Shown: positions 27,190 to 40,439, counted from the stretch's first letter. The stretch is DNA of 64,000 nt from Hemiscyllium ocellatum (GCF_020745735.1 NC_083416.1:66737131-66801130); one strand, 5' to 3'. Program-made: numbers and translations. Notes: generated by a model not told the origin, from the sequence alone.

Positions 27190-27522
27190 GTGATGTAGCA
27201 GTAATTTCGCTGGATTAGCAATGCAGAAGCCCAAGTCAAGTTCTAGGGTCATGAGTTAAAATGCCACCATGGCAGATAATGAAATTTAAATTCAATAAAA
27301 ATCTGGAACAAAGAGTTGATCTAATGGTAACCACTGTTGATTGTCTTAAAAGCCCATCTGATTTGTTAATGTCCTTCAGGGACTAGAATCTGGCGTTCCT
27401 TCCTGTCTGTCCTGCATATGACCCCAGACCCATGACAATGTTGTTGTCACTTAACTGGCCTCTGACAATTAGGGATAGGCAATACATTCTGGCCTAGCCA
27501 GTGACTTGTTTGAAAATGAATA
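27190..27522 (+). mobile_element. Second-family tRNA-derived SINE
   Basis: Similar to 6405-6750. Confidence 0.75.
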
Positions 27523-28069
27523 GGAATCTTTAGTTTCATCTAAATGCTGGCACCGAAACAATGCGGCGCTCAGTACTCCCTGAAACTGACAGCTTAAGGC
27601 ATTTGTTCAAGTTCTAGATTGACCTTCAATCCCACATCTTCTGATTTGGAGGCAATGGTGAAAGAAAAAAGGGACCATTCCTGTTTTGCATTTATGTCAA
27701 TAAAGGCTGGGGGAAACTTGCACCACGTATATCTCTCTCCTCACTTTATTCACACACTGTAATCCTTCACAGATAGCTCAATGAGGAAATTCTCCACCTC
27801 TATCCTGGTTACTTTCACTCTTTGGTATTGCAAGACAGCAGTGTTTCTGCACCCTCATCAGGCACTCGTCTATTGCCCTGACAAATGGACAAGTCAACTG
27901 GAAGATTTTCTCAGGCAACAGCCAAACTGCAGCAGTTTTGCAGTCGCTCCAGTCTTTATATTGCTGCAAGTCACAGAACAGAAATATCCTCAGTGTCTTC
28001 AGTGCAACAGCATTCACCTTCCACTAACAATGTGGAAGGCACAGGGACAACATAATCTAAGAGCACTTA

Positions 28070-28168
28070 ATGAAAACAGATATTGCTGAAGAAATTCAGC
28101 AGGTCTGGCAACATCTGTGGAGATAAAGCTAAGTGAAAGCTTCAAGTCCTGTGACCTTTCTTCAGAAG
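28070..28168 (-). mobile_element. Short PLE family-3 pLTR fragment with decayed hammerhead
   Basis: Minus strand CUGAAGA-AAGGUC-ACAG-GACUU-GAAG plus tail like 37720-37815. Confidence 0.65.
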
Positions 28169-29706
28169 GAGTTCGGTGGTAACACTAACAGCTTTCGTGC
28201 CATGATTTAATTTGTTTGGATAAAGTGTGCTATATGTTATAAAGGAAAGTGGTGGTGAATTTCAGTTTAACAGCTGTCGGCTTGATCGGGTGAACTCAGT
28301 GCAAAACGACTCACAGAACTAAGAATTAAAATCAGTGCTTCACCTTTTATAACTCTGCAATAGCTAATGTTTGCTTTTGTATCACAATGTCTCTTTGATA
28401 ATCCTCAGTTTACTTTCATCAATGTCCACCTTTCCTGAGTTGCTCCTCCACTGAAAGTCTGCTGTGGTTTTACCTGCCACAATGTCAATGGGATTCCAAA
28501 ATTTTGATGAGACCTCGACTTAAGTACTATTACCATTGATGTCAGGGGTCACTAACACCATATACATTTGCACTGTTGGCTAATTGGAACAATGAATATT
28601 GCATCTCCATCTTTAATTTCTCAGTGTCTCTTTGGAACCCAAGAAAGCTAGTCTTTTAGTCAGCAGCTGAGCTGTCCTTTTTGTGTCTTTGATGGTGATA
28701 TTAGGTGAGTAAAGTGGGAAAATGTTCAATTCAATTCAAGATTGACATCCCTCACCTTGAATACGAAAAACAAAATCATGTATTCAGTATGATAAATAAG
28801 CACTCTCACAAACCCTAATACAAGTGTAGATTAGACTTCATCACCTTGTTGTGTTACCCCAGGCAAAAAGATATGTTGGATATAAAAAAACCTAGGTTGG
28901 ATTTATTCAGACTGCATCAAGGACAAAAACTGATTTAACAAAGTTACAGAGGCTATTGATTTGTTACCTAGCCCTGAGTGATTTCCGGAGAAAACTTCTA
29001 CACTTCAAAGTAGAACAAACCTACCTTGACAAATAGATTTGTATCTTTGCAGTCAAATCTATTACTGTGCACAAGATGCTGCATCAGTGTTTCTCCACTC
29101 CTATGATGTGTATAGAACATCAACATTAACAATACCTGTCAGGCAAACTAAGTGTTATATATTAGCAGTTTGGTAAGGTTGGCCTCCCATAATATTAGAT
29201 TGCATACCATCCCCTTGTTTGTTAATTTGAGCAGCTTTGCTGTAAAATTAATCAAAACCGTTTGCCATTTTATCTGCTTCTGATTTTCAAGATTTAACAG
29301 CAAAACAGGCAATTGCTGATAATTCATTTAGCTCCCTTGCTGTGCAACTTGGACACATGTCAGTGGGAACTCTGCTATATGTTCAATGACACCTGGCAAA
29401 TGTGAACAATTCACTGACATCTGCTGTTACAGTGCCTGCATATACTTGAGTGCTGCTGTTGTCTGTTGTGTGTACACTACGAACTGAAGAAGGTGTGAAC
29501 ATACAAATCTGTGCTGGAGAAAGGAGAAATGTTATTTATTTGTGCAAAATCTCTGACAGGTTTTGGTTGGATTTCTACCAAATGAAATTGAATAACTCAT
29601 TCCCAATTGAATGCCAATGTTTTCTATGCTCTACCTAGATCTATGACTGAATTAATTCTAAAATTGTGGACCATTTTTAGGAATCAGCCCTCATATGCAG
29701 GAGTTA

Positions 29707-30004
29707 TTAGATTACTTACAGTGTGGAAACAGGCCCTTCGGCCCAACAAGCCCACACCGACCCGCCGAAGTGCAACCCACCCCTACATATACCCCTTACC
29801 TAACACTACGGGCAATTTAGCATGTCCAATTCACCTGACCCGCACATCTTTGGACTGTGGGAGGAAACCGGAGCACCCGGAGGAAACCCACGCAGACACG
29901 GGGAGAACGTGCAAACTCCACACAGTCAGTCGCCTGAGGCGGGAATTGAACCCAGGTCCCTGGCGCTGTGAGGCAGCAGTGCTAACCACTGTGCCACCGT
30001 GCTG
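29707..30004 (-). mobile_element. HE1-type V-SINE, full-length, young
   Basis: A/B-box tRNA head, V-domain (TGTGGAGTTTGCAC..GGGTTTCCTCCGGGTGCTCCGG), CR1-like tail GGGCCGAAGGGCCTGTTTCC and TAATC repeats. Confidence 0.93.
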
Positions 30005-30339
30005 AACTGTAAAAACGTTTTGAACTGCAAAAGATAATCACCATTGTGTTGTGGACATTTGGCAATGTAACCTTTGCTTAGTATAGCCTGCACCAACTTG
30101 CTACCTGAGAATGAACAAAAACATCAAGAGAAGAAGAGGTGTAATATATTTGAATTCCCTGAACGCTATGAACATTATTTCAAAACTTATTGGTACCCAT
30201 TATAATTTCACTTAAACATGAGTGACATTAAATGCATTACAGTATTAAAATAGTGTGGAAAGCACAATTTAGAACTAAGATTATCTGTAATGATTCCTTG
30301 AGTATAAAAGACATGGTCTAAGGTCAATTATAAACAATG

Positions 30340-30443
30340 TGCTAAGAATGCTAGAGATCTGAAAATGCTGGAGAAATTCCACAGTTCTGGCAGCAGAAAA
30401 AACAATATTAACATTTTGAGTCCAATGTGACTCTTCCTTGGAA
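30340..30443 (-). mobile_element. Short PLE family-3 pLTR fragment (decayed hammerhead)
   Basis: Similar to 56183-56310. Confidence 0.55.
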
Positions 30444-31204
30444 TCACTCCTAGTTCCTGTTACTCCATCACATGCATACACTTATCTGATGGCTATGATT
30501 AGACTCCTTACACTGTGGAAATAGGACCTTCGGCCCAACATGTCCTTTATATCTATCCTTTCCCTTCTAAATTGAAAATGATGCAAACCTTCTAGGATGT
30601 ATCCAAAAATCTGAAAGTATTGATAAATCCACCTCATTAAGGGACAGTAAGATGTGTGTGCAGCCTTAGGCCTTATGGTTACTTCCTTCACCTTTCAGCC
30701 TTAGCATGAACATTTATATGTCTGTTTTTAATCATATGGGCAGTTAAACAAAGCAAGGTCTTGAGAACATGTGTTGAAAATATAAATAAATGTGACATTT
30801 TAACAGGCTCTTCCAATTCCAACAGATGATAAATAAAACTCAAGTCAGAAACCTATAAACTGACAGAATAATACACTACAAACCAACAAATGTTGATGTT
30901 GAAAAATATTTAAAGCAAATAAAAAGGAGTTGGTTTATATTTCAGCAACACACAAAATTTCACCCATTCCAAAAGAGTTTGAAAATATCTCTAAATATTT
31001 TCACTTTTGTTTTGCTTTTTCTTCTCACATAATAACCTTTCTTCAAACAATTTGGCTCTTTTCTGCAATAAAGTGGCCATTTATGATGCTATGTCATCCT
31101 GAAAGTTTGCAAGCAGTGGATTTTGCCACCAGCAGATCTCTCAAAAAATATTAAGTTAAAAATCACACAACAGCAGGTTATAGTCCAACAGGTTTAATTG
31201 GAAG

Positions 31205-31242
31205 CACACTAGCTTTCGGAGCGACGCTCCTTCATCAGGTGA
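31205..31242 (-). ncRNA. Minimal type I hammerhead ribozyme motif (family 2), intact
   Basis: CAC-CUGAUGA-A-GGAGC-GUC-GCUCC-GAAA-GCUA-GUG: stem I CAC/GUG, stem II GGAGC/GCUCC, palindromic AGCU helix III, CUA triplet. Confidence 0.8.
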
Positions 31243-31297
31243 TAGTGGAGGGCTCGATCGTAACAGAATTTCTGTGTTATGATCGAGCTCTCCACCA

Positions 31298-31335
31298 TCA
31301 CCTGATGAAAGAGCGTCGCTCCGAAAGTTAGTGTG
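31298..31335 (+). ncRNA. Hammerhead motif (family 2), opposite-strand copy with two substitutions
   Basis: CAC-CUGAUGA-AAGAGC-GUC-GCUCC-GAAAGUUA-GUG. Confidence 0.6.
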
Positions 31336-31621
31336 CTTCCAATTAAACCTGTTGGACTATAACCTGCTGTTGTGTGATTTTTAACTTTATACATCCCAGT
31401 CCAACACCGGCATCTCCAAATCAAAAAATATTAGTTCATTTAACTCTTGCACTGCTTAAGTCTTCAAAATACTCTCATCAGCCCATATTTGTACAGATGT
31501 AAGATAGACAAGAAGAATGTGTAGTTGGGAATGAATCAGGAATTTGTTCTCTCAAAATAGCAGTGAGTCAGTCAAGTTTTTTGGACGTTCAGAATGAGCA
31601 AAGAGTGTAGCATAAATCTAT

Positions 31622-31720
31622 GAACAAAAACAGAAATTGATGGAAAAGCGCAGCAGAACTGACAGCTGTGGAGAGAAATCAGAATTAACATTTCAGATCA
31701 AATAACCCTTCCTCAGTTCT
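31622..31720 (-). mobile_element. Short PLE family-3 pLTR fragment (decayed hammerhead)
   Basis: Minus strand CUGAGGA-AGGGUUAUUUGAUCU-GAAAUGUUAAUU plus tail. Confidence 0.65.
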
Positions 31721-33417
31721 ATGCGTTGTCTGTCCAGATGAGAGGATTTTTTGTTTAACCTTTGATGGGATGTGCACATTGTTGGCTAGGCCAGTGTTTA
31801 TTGCCCATCCCTCATTGCCCTAGAGAAGATGAACACCTTCTTGAACTGCCGCAGTACATATTGTGTGCACATACAAACAAAGATAGGAAACTGTTGTACT
31901 CCCCTTGACATCTATTGTCACAACATCCTCACTAGCTTTTGGTGAAAAAAAGAAAGCAGACAACACCTCACAGAAAAAAAAATGTCCAGGTATTTGTTAT
32001 CATGCATTCTGCATATTTCAGTAGAGATTCTACAATTTCCAAATATGTAATATCCCAATATCACCAAATATACCATGCACATTAAACATGAAAAATTGAT
32101 CTAGAAGTTAGCTGATGTATTATACATAGCAAAGAATCATCTTACTTTGGCAGCTGGTCAAGAACATCTTTCTCGGGGGTATTGTGAATGATAATGCGGA
32201 CTGACTGAGATTGTTATCTGTTCAAGCTATTTCTTTAAAATCATTCCATTTCTTCCCAATGTCCAAACATTTAAACACACGTGTTGCTAAGAAGAACTAT
32301 ATGGCCCACGTCTGAGGTATCTATTTGTTAAATGGACAGTTGCAGCTGATGTCCACCATTTGAAACCAACCTGTCATATATCTGGCAATAATAAGAAGAT
32401 CACTGTCAATGGGAAGAAACTGGCCAGCTCCAATTCAAAGCATTGTAACACAGAGTGAAATTATTGAATTGATGGTGATGGATTACTTTTTAACCGCTAA
32501 TTTTGACGTCAGTTATGCTGTTGCAGTGAACATGAGACATGATAAGACAAAGTCAGATTGACCCCAATCGAAATTCATTAATTTGATTATTGTGGGAACA
32601 CAAGTGTTAATTAAGTGGAAAACAGTTCACCTTTGAAAGGAAGCACTTAGAAAGAAATGGAAGGTTTTAAAGTGCAGTAGGAAACGAAATAACCAAGAAA
32701 CATGTGATTAATTATAAAGGGGAAGAAAGCAGGTTACTGAGACCAATCCTGGTGATTATCGATACTGTCAGCCCAGAGACCATGGTTAAAAAAAAGTCCA
32801 AATGACTATATTCTTTTCTGCGTCTTCCATTTTAAATTGTTTTTCTTTTAAAAATATACAAAATATTTATAAAATGACTAAAACTGATCACGTGATCATA
32901 TCTCTAGAAGCTTCTGAACCCACACATTATATAGACATTCCAGTAAAGCGGATACAGGGGTATCTTCTTCGAGCTCTGGATTAACAAGGTCATCAAGACT
33001 CATGAACATTAAAATGAATACTAATACTTTTACAATTACTTCATCACCTCACAATAGAAAATGTAATAAGACATAAAGCTACACTGATCACCCAAAGACC
33101 TTGAAATTAGTCCACTGAGATGGGCAACCAGCATCTGAAAAACTTGGCTTAGTCACATAACTGAAAGCGAAGCTGGTTAAATTACTTAAATATACAATTC
33201 TGGGATTCTAAGTCAGTTGCTGTTTGACCTCCAGAGGGACTGCAAATTCAGTTGATTGCCTCCCTTGGCGCCTCCATCTCAGTCTCCAAGTTGCTGAATG
33301 GAAAGGACATCACACTCAGCCCCAACCCAGTGAGGAAGTTACTCTTTGCTGCTGACTTCTGGGAAATTATAATGTAGGTTTTACCAAAACGTATCATTTA
33401 TGATCTATTTCCTCTTC

Positions 33418-33610
33418 TTAGACTCATAGAGTCATACAGCACAGAAACAGACCCTTTGCTCCAACTAGTCCATGCTGAACAAAATCCCAAACTAAACAAG
33501 TCCCATCTGCTGCTCCTGTGCCATATCCTTCCACACATTTCCACTTCATGTATCTATCCAAATGTCTTTTAAACATAATTTTACCCACATCCATCACTTT
33601 CTCATAAAGT
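33418..33610 (-). mobile_element. CR1 3'-end fragment
   Basis: (AGAGTCAT)n tail and GGAAACAGACCCTT motif as in 44291-44400. Confidence 0.8.
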
Positions 33611-34655
33611 TGTCTGAGTGCTTTTGTGTGTGCATTGAGTAGTGAAGCTATTGCCTCATGCTGAGAATATTTTGTGAATCAACCCTGTCTTTGATTTCAC
33701 CTTAAAAGGTTTCTATCATGGGTGGGAATCTGAAAATCAGAGTTTTGGAAATACCCGCCAGCCTCAAGAGACAGGGAATAAAATGGAAAACAGTAAGTAA
33801 AAAAAACACTTGGCTGACTCAGGCTTATGATGGATAAGGCAAGCATAATTTAATCCAACCCGATTCCCCCTTCAGCCATGCTAAAAGAGTGTCAGAAAGA
33901 ATCAGAAATCTCGAAGCTTCCTTTGATTCCATTGTGATTGTGGTCATGGAAATGCAATAACTTGAAACAGGATCCTTATCAATCATGAGAAATATCTGCG
34001 GGCCTCATAACCATTCACAATGGCCTTTTAAAGCAGGTCATAGGGACGCCATCTGTTAGGGGTGACATTGTCTTTAATCACTGACAGCGTTGACCATGTT
34101 GGGAGTAATGAATCCCTTATCACCTCAGGTTGAGAGCATAGGCTCCAAGATGTATCAGAAATACATACCTTTGCTTTGTTTCCTGTTGGACAGCTGGATA
34201 CGTATATTGGACAGCAACAATGTACTTTGCAGCAAGTCAAGAACACCTTTTCTAGATGTATTGTGAATGATAATTCAGACTTTCTAGAATTGCAGGGAAA
34301 TATATCAAAAGTTATGTAATTTCCCAGGGCATCTGTTTAACACTCCAGGTGTGAAGAGACACTAGGGTATTGTACTGTGTGGGTAATGTCGAAGCCTTTA
34401 CATTAACTGGTTGGGTTAAAGCTGAGAGTGGTGGAATATGCTAGTACTGTTAATTAGGACACAAGAAACAGGAGCAGGAGTAGGCAATTCAGCTTCTCGA
34501 CTCTGCTCCACCATTTGGCTGCTCCTATTTTGGCTAAATACAGAAGTGAGGGGTGAAAGGGAGCAGTATGTTTTCACTGTGGGGTTAAATTACAGTTTGA
34601 GGGACAAGGCTGGGCATTGTGCAGAAAATTTAGATTTGTGGGTAGCATCAAGCAA

Positions 34656-34903
34656 GTGAATGTCTGTGTGGAGTTTGCACATTCTTCCCGTGTCTGCGTG
34701 GGTTTCCTCCAGGTGCTCTGGTTTCCTCCCACAGTCCAAAGATGTGCAGGCCAGGTGAATTGCCCATGCTAAATTACCCATAGTGTTAGGTGCGTTAATC
34801 AGGGGGAATGGGTCTGGGTGGGTTACTCTTCAGAGGGTTGCTGTGGACTTGTTGGGCCGAAGGGCCTGTTTCCATACTGTAGGGAATCTAAGCTAATCTA
34901 ATC
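34656..34903 (+). mobile_element. HE1-type V-SINE, 5'-truncated
   Basis: V-domain and tail like 37143-37448. Confidence 0.9.
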
Positions 34904-35379
34904 ATATCAGTGTACTGTTCATATTTCCATGATTCTCAAATACAATCACAAACATTGTACCCTTGCCAACATCCTTATTCATTCTATTCAAGTCTGAACT
35001 CACACATCAATTCAACTGTTATAGCATACTCAGACTGGAGGTTTATGTGTTCCTCACATATGCATTCCACATTCAATTGATCAATAAACAATGTCAATTT
35101 ATTTGCTGTCCTCCAGCATCAAATATTTTGTATTGGCACAGGAGTTGGCCACTCAGGGAACTAAAGTAGAAACTTTTAGCTTACTTGGGTTTTCTCACTA
35201 ATTTTGTCGAGAAATGCTGACTTTGACTGCAGAACTGTAAAAGATTAGTTATATGTTATAGTCATGGTAATGATATGGTCGTTTTGAACTTTTGATCATG
35301 AAAATCAGTGTACATCTTATATTTGAAGGTATTTTATTTCAGAAGACTGTGATGTGTGTGTGTGTGATTATACATAAAC

Positions 35380-35700
35380 CAAGGTGCATAGACTGAAAGA
35401 TCCCTACTCCAAGTAAACCAGAACAGATTCCACCCGATGAACAGGCAATTTGGTGATGATGTTCAAATGTCATGCTCATTACTCCAAATTTCCTGGATCA
35501 ACGCATGATTCACTTATTCGACATGATTTGTATGCGATGACACTATATGAGATTAACAGTGTGCAGCAACAGCTCTTGACAGATAGAGGTAATGGACTGA
35601 AACCTTTTATGGTGATGGTACTAGTACAAAGCCACAGAAGACAATTAGATCAACTGTGCATATAAATTTGAATGTTGGAACAGAGATGTCCAGGTAGATC
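35380..35700 (+). mobile_element. PIF/Harbinger (HARBI1-like, DDE_Tnp_4) transposase remnant
   Basis: NQNRFHPMNRQ, KFPGSTHDSLIR and LLTDRGNGLKPFM correspond to NRKGFHSINVQ, WPGSTHD and LLGDSGYPLKPWL motifs. Confidence 0.7.
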
Positions 35701-36329
35701 TACTAATGCTTTATTATATCAGCCGGTGACAGAAAGAAAGACTTTTGATGTACATTAGGTGAAATGTAATATTCTGGTCAATTCAGCTTCTCATTGAAAA
35801 TTAGTAAATGCATATGATAGAATAGAGCACGTGAAGCTTATGATGCACACAACATCAGTGATACATTGAAGATTTGCACAATAAAATTGAAGTCATGTCA
35901 CTGAAGAAACTGCACCTTGTTGAAGTAATGAACTGTTCTTTGACGTGCAGTTTATTGAGATTAAATTATTCATAATAATGCCCATTATATGTGATTTGTA
36001 ATCTTAACATTATAGAATAGCTACCTTATTTTAAAATCAGTCAAAGGGGATTTAATTGTCTTTATAACATGTGAAACATATTATACGCTCCAATCTCATG
36101 CATGTACTTTCAGGCACTGGCAAGGCAGGAGTCCAGTGAATTTACAAATGACAGGCAAGAGACATGTTCATTATTGAGAATCTCAAATGAAGGGTAAACT
36201 GGACAGGGAAGTCGGATAAGTGAGGGGTAAACCAGGAAGTAGTATTTGGTGTCAGGCTTTTAAATTGCAGATGGAAATAAGTGAACTCAATCCAGCAAGT
36301 CAACCCTGATGCAATGGGGAGTACGGAAT

Positions 36330-36490
36330 GCCAGGAACAGCACCAAACATGTCTAAAAATGGTTGTTGAGAAGGCTACGGACCCTCACAACATCCCGACA
36401 ATAGTCCTGAAGATTTGAACTCCACTATAAGCCATGCCCTTTGCCAGGATATTTCAATGCAGCTGCAGTACTGACACCTGCCTGACAATA
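36330..36490 (+). mobile_element. LINE RT N-terminal fragment (CR1-group)
   Basis: KATDPHNIPTIVLKI...AMPLARIFQCS resembles KAxGPDNIPAIVLK..LAxPLAKLFQ. Confidence 0.55.
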
Positions 36491-36499
36491 TAATTTCTT

Positions 36500-36815
36500 T
36501 TCATTCATTCATGGGAGGCCAGCATCTATTGCCCATACTAGAGGACAATTCAAAGTCAACAAGATTGTTGTACATCTGGAGTCACATTTGGTCCAGGCCA
36601 AGTAAGGAAGACAATTTCCTTCCCTGAAGGGAATTAGTGAACCAGATGGGTTTTTCTAACAATTGACAATAGTCATCATTAGATTAGTAATTCCAATTTT
36701 TTGTTTGTTTTCATTGAATTCAGATTCCATCTTCCAACTCAGGTTCAAACCTGGGTTTCCGGGATATTACCTGGGTCTCTGGATTAACAGTCCAGTGATA
36801 ATACCAATTGGCCAT
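36500..36815 (-). mobile_element. Second-family tRNA-derived SINE
   Basis: Reverse complement of the 6405-6750 family. Confidence 0.75.
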
Positions 36816-36879
36816 CTGTGGATGAGTGCCATGCCTCTAGGAATTCCCTGGCTGTTCTCTGTTTGGCTTGTCCTATAAT

Positions 36880-37040
36880 AGTAGTATTGTCCCAGTCAAA
36901 CTCATGTTGCTTGTCATCTGTGAGTTTGGCTTCTAAGGATAGCTAGTCGTGTTGTTTCATGGCTAGTTGGTGTTCACGGATACAGATCATTAGCTGTCTT
37001 CCTGTTTGTCCTATGTCGTGTTTTGTGCAGTGCTTGCGTG
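36880..37040 (-). mobile_element. PLE GIY-YIG fragment (a further family)
   Basis: CTKHDIGQTGRQLMICIREHQLA...HEFDWDNT. Confidence 0.75.
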
Positions 37041-37059
37041 GGATTTTGTACACTACATT

Positions 37060-37818
37060 GGTTTTGCTGTCTCAGGCTTGCTGCAGTGCTCCAGTGAAAC
37101 TCAGCACTTCATTTCTACTTGGGAACCCTACAGACTCAATATCAGCACGGTGGCACAGTGGTTAGCACTGCTGCCTCACAGCGCCAGAGACCTGGGTTCA
37201 ATTCCCGACTCAGGTGACTGACTGTGTGGAGTTTGCACATTCTCCCCGTGTCTGCGTGGGTTTCCTCCGGGTGCTCCAGTTTTCTCCCACAGTCCAAAGA
37301 TGTGCAGGTCAGGTAAATTGGCCATGCTAACTTGCCCGTAGTGTTAGGTAAAGGGGTAAATGGGTGGGTTGCGCTTCGGTGGGTCGGTGTGGACTTGTTG
37401 GGCCGAAGGGCCTGTTTCCACACTGTAAGTAATCTAATCTAATCTAATCGAGTTCAATACTTTAGGGCCTGAACTCTCCATGGTCTAGCCCCTTACCCCA
37501 CATACCAGGCCTTGTTAGCATGTAGTCTGTCATTACACACTATCTATTGTTAGCCACTAACAGCCACCATTCACATCTCTTCACCCTCTCAGCCAGATTG
37601 TTACCGACTCCTTTGTCTGTCCAACTGGTCTTCTCTCTTTTTGGGCTCTATCCCTTCTTATCATTTACTCCTTACCCCTATCTTTTGCATATAAAGCAAC
37701 GTTTACCGAGCTACCATCAGATCTGAGGAAGGGTCACTAGTCCTGAAATGTTAACTTTGATTTCTTTTCACAGATGCTGGCAGGCCTGCCGAGTTTTTCC
37801 AGCTAATTTTGTTTTCAT
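37060..37818 (+). mobile_element. PLE family-3 3' end with pLTR and hammerhead motif (37719-37757), interrupted by HE1
   Basis: QHFISTW/LGTLQ..LNIEFN-like terminus rejoined across the SINE; CUGAGGA-AGGGUC-ACUA-GUCCU-GAAAUGUUAACU. Confidence 0.75.
37143..37448 (+). mobile_element. HE1-type V-SINE, full-length
   Basis: Near-identical family to 29707-30004; (AATCT)n tail. Confidence 0.93.
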
Positions 37819-39029
37819 TAAAATTACTGCAGATTTTTTCAAGGTTGTACACAATAGTCCAGTTGAGAAATCCTGTTACACTTTCTTCTACAAAGTCAAT
37901 ATAAAAATCCTCCAGTTTACCCTTTCAGAGCTTATAGTGTCATTAATTTCATCCTAATGCTCCTTTTCAGTGAACAAAGTGCAAAAGTATCATGTTCGCA
38001 CTAGATTGTTGAACAAATATCCTGACGGGGAAATATTTGTGGTAGTTGAACAGCAAAAGTGATCATAACTTAAAACAAAAACTCACAAAACAAATCTAAC
38101 CTTCAGTAATCTACATTACTGAAACGTGATTCACAGAAATGTCATGGTAAAAATTGCATAAAGTAAATTATGTTTCTTGTAAGGACGTCAAGTGTGTTTG
38201 TTACAATAGGAGTACAGAACAAATAAAACAACCTTAGTGTAAATAGTAGCTGTAGGTGTTGCATTGACCTGAACTTTATACTAATCCATCTTTAAGACTT
38301 CACTAATTATTTTGCTTCAAAACAACAGGCATCATTTGAATAGAGTTATAGAACAAGCTTAGATGCACAATTAGCACAGCTAGTAGCAGAGAGCTGATAT
38401 TCTTTCATTTCTCAATCTGTATCAAGCTTAGCCTCCTAGCATTCTTCTAAAACTCAACACAGAAACCCCAAAGTCGCTTGTTCTTCCATCAATTCTTGCC
38501 CAGGAATACATGAAAGGAGACAGGAACAAAAAATAGAGTTCAGGCATTGGAGAAAGTTGGAGGTGCATGGTTACATCATCTGTTGTTTATAAATCAGAAA
38601 AAAACTACGGAATATTAGGGAGATTGAGACTAAGAACACAGTTTAGGTATGCACACGAGAACATCGGTAGTGTTTTCAGCCCTGGCTTGAGTAATGGCTA
38701 TTGTTTCCATCATTAGAGGGAGAATTTCCACCTCTTCTGGTTTCTTTCCAATTAGCTGCTACTGCCTCTGGGTAGAAGCCATTTTGTTATGTCAAAGAGT
38801 TGGAAGTGAGTCAGGCAGTATGGTCTCTTGTAGTGTGGCTGTCATGCTTGACTAGATAGAGCTAAGTGTGAGCTAGGATTTGTTGATGTCAGGCTGGCAC
38901 TTGCGAATGCTAAGTGTTTATAGGTGAGCTGGAGCTATGAATGTTGGACATGAACTGTGATTACATATTGATAGCTTGGTGGATGAGTGACAGGGATATT
39001 GTGCATTAAATAGCGTGTGAGGCAGACGC

Positions 39030-40030
39030 AGGAGAAGTGAGAAAAAGATTTATTGGAATGAGACCTGAATTAAGAGATTATACCTAACACTAAAGATTGA
39101 ACAAGCTTGGATTCCTTTCTCTTGAAAGAAAATTATTAAGAGGTGACCAGACAGTAGTCTTTAAATTTGTTAAAGAGTTTGAAGGCTAAATATAGAGAAG
39201 GGCATTTTCTGTTTAAACATAAAATGGTTGCTGAAAATTTCAATAGGGAATGCAGAAGAAATACATTAGCCTCCTTGGTTAGGCCACTGTTGGAATATTG
39301 CATGCAATTCTAGTCTCCTTCCTATCGGAAAGATATTGTGAAACTTGAAAGGGTTCAGAAAAGATTTACAAGGATGTTGCCAGGGTTGGAGGATTTGAAC
39401 TATAAGGAGGGGTTGAACAGGCTGGGGCTGTTTTCCCTGGACTGTCGGAGGCTGAGGGGTGACCTTATAGAGGTTTACAAAATTATGAGGGGAATGGATA
39501 GGGTAAATAGACAAAGTCTTTTCCCTGGGGTCGCGGAGTCCAGAACTAGAGGGCATAGGTTTAGGGTGAGAAGGAAAAGATATAAAAGTGACCTAAGGGG
39601 CAACATTTTCACACAGAGGGTGGTACGTGTATGGAATAAGCTGCCAGAGGAAGTGGTGGAGGCTGGTACAACTGCAACATTTAAGAGGCATTTGGATGGG
39701 TATATGAATAGGAAGGGTTTGGTGGGAAATGGGCCGGGTGCTGGCAGGTGGGACGAGATTGGGTTGGGATATCTGGTTGGCGTGGACAGGTTGGACTGAA
39801 GGGTCTGTTTCCATGCTGTACATCTCTATGACTCTATGACTCTATAAAGGATCTACTCTGCATCAGTAATTTTCCAGCATTTGGATGGGTATATGAATAA
39901 GAAGGGTTTGGAGGGATATGGACCAGGTACTGGCAGATGGGACTAGATTGGTTTGGGATAACTGGTCGGCATGAATGGGTTGGACCGGAGGGTCTGTTTC
40001 TATGCTATACATCTCTATGTCTCTATGACT
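39030..40030 (+). mobile_element. Cluster of CR1 3' pieces (old 39030-39265; main 39266-39845; extra tail 39877-40030)
   Basis: LERVQKRFTRMLPG...RRLRGDLIEVYKIM...TRGHRFRVR; (CTCTATGA)n tails. Confidence 0.9.
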
Positions 40031-40439
40031 CAGTGTGATTGTCCTCTGGACACTTCTGCAAGGTTTATGGAGACAACAAGTGTAAATTCATATAAGTGGA
40101 AGGTAGATAATCACATCACAGAAAAAGTAGAAGGACCTGTTTATAGGTTTTGTTAAATAAGGATGCGATTTGGTGTTGCCTATAGATTTTATCATTACAT
40201 TTTTAATTCCCAAGTCAAAGTCATCCATGGAAGTGATAAACCCAAGAGTAGTCCCACACAAATCTTGCAGTACACTACTTCCAAACTTTTGCAAGTCTTG
40301 ATTTGGTAAACCATAGTCGTTGGAATTATTGCTCTTTCTACATTTCAAATGAAATAAACCTGCAATAATATCAGAGCATTTGAGTTCTTTCTATTGGGAA
40401 ACCCTTTTCAAAAGGACTTCCTTTATCCATATTGTCTGG

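Larger units (their letters stand above)
31153..31423. mobile_element. Palindromic PLE family-2 element (inverted pLTR pair) with target-site duplication
   Basis: Near-perfect arms 31153-31265 and about 31276-31386; direct repeat TCAAAAAATATTA at 31141-31153 and 31421-31433. Confidence 0.9.

Noticed and set aside
27778-28089. 102-aa and 79-aa ORFs on opposite strands
   Set aside because: No recognisable domain or exon signals; the ORF runs into a PLE tail
29607-30005. 132-aa ORF and similar ORFs at 34590, 37142 and 42603; tRNA-like A/B boxes
   Set aside because: These are HE1 SINE sequences, not proteins or tRNA genes
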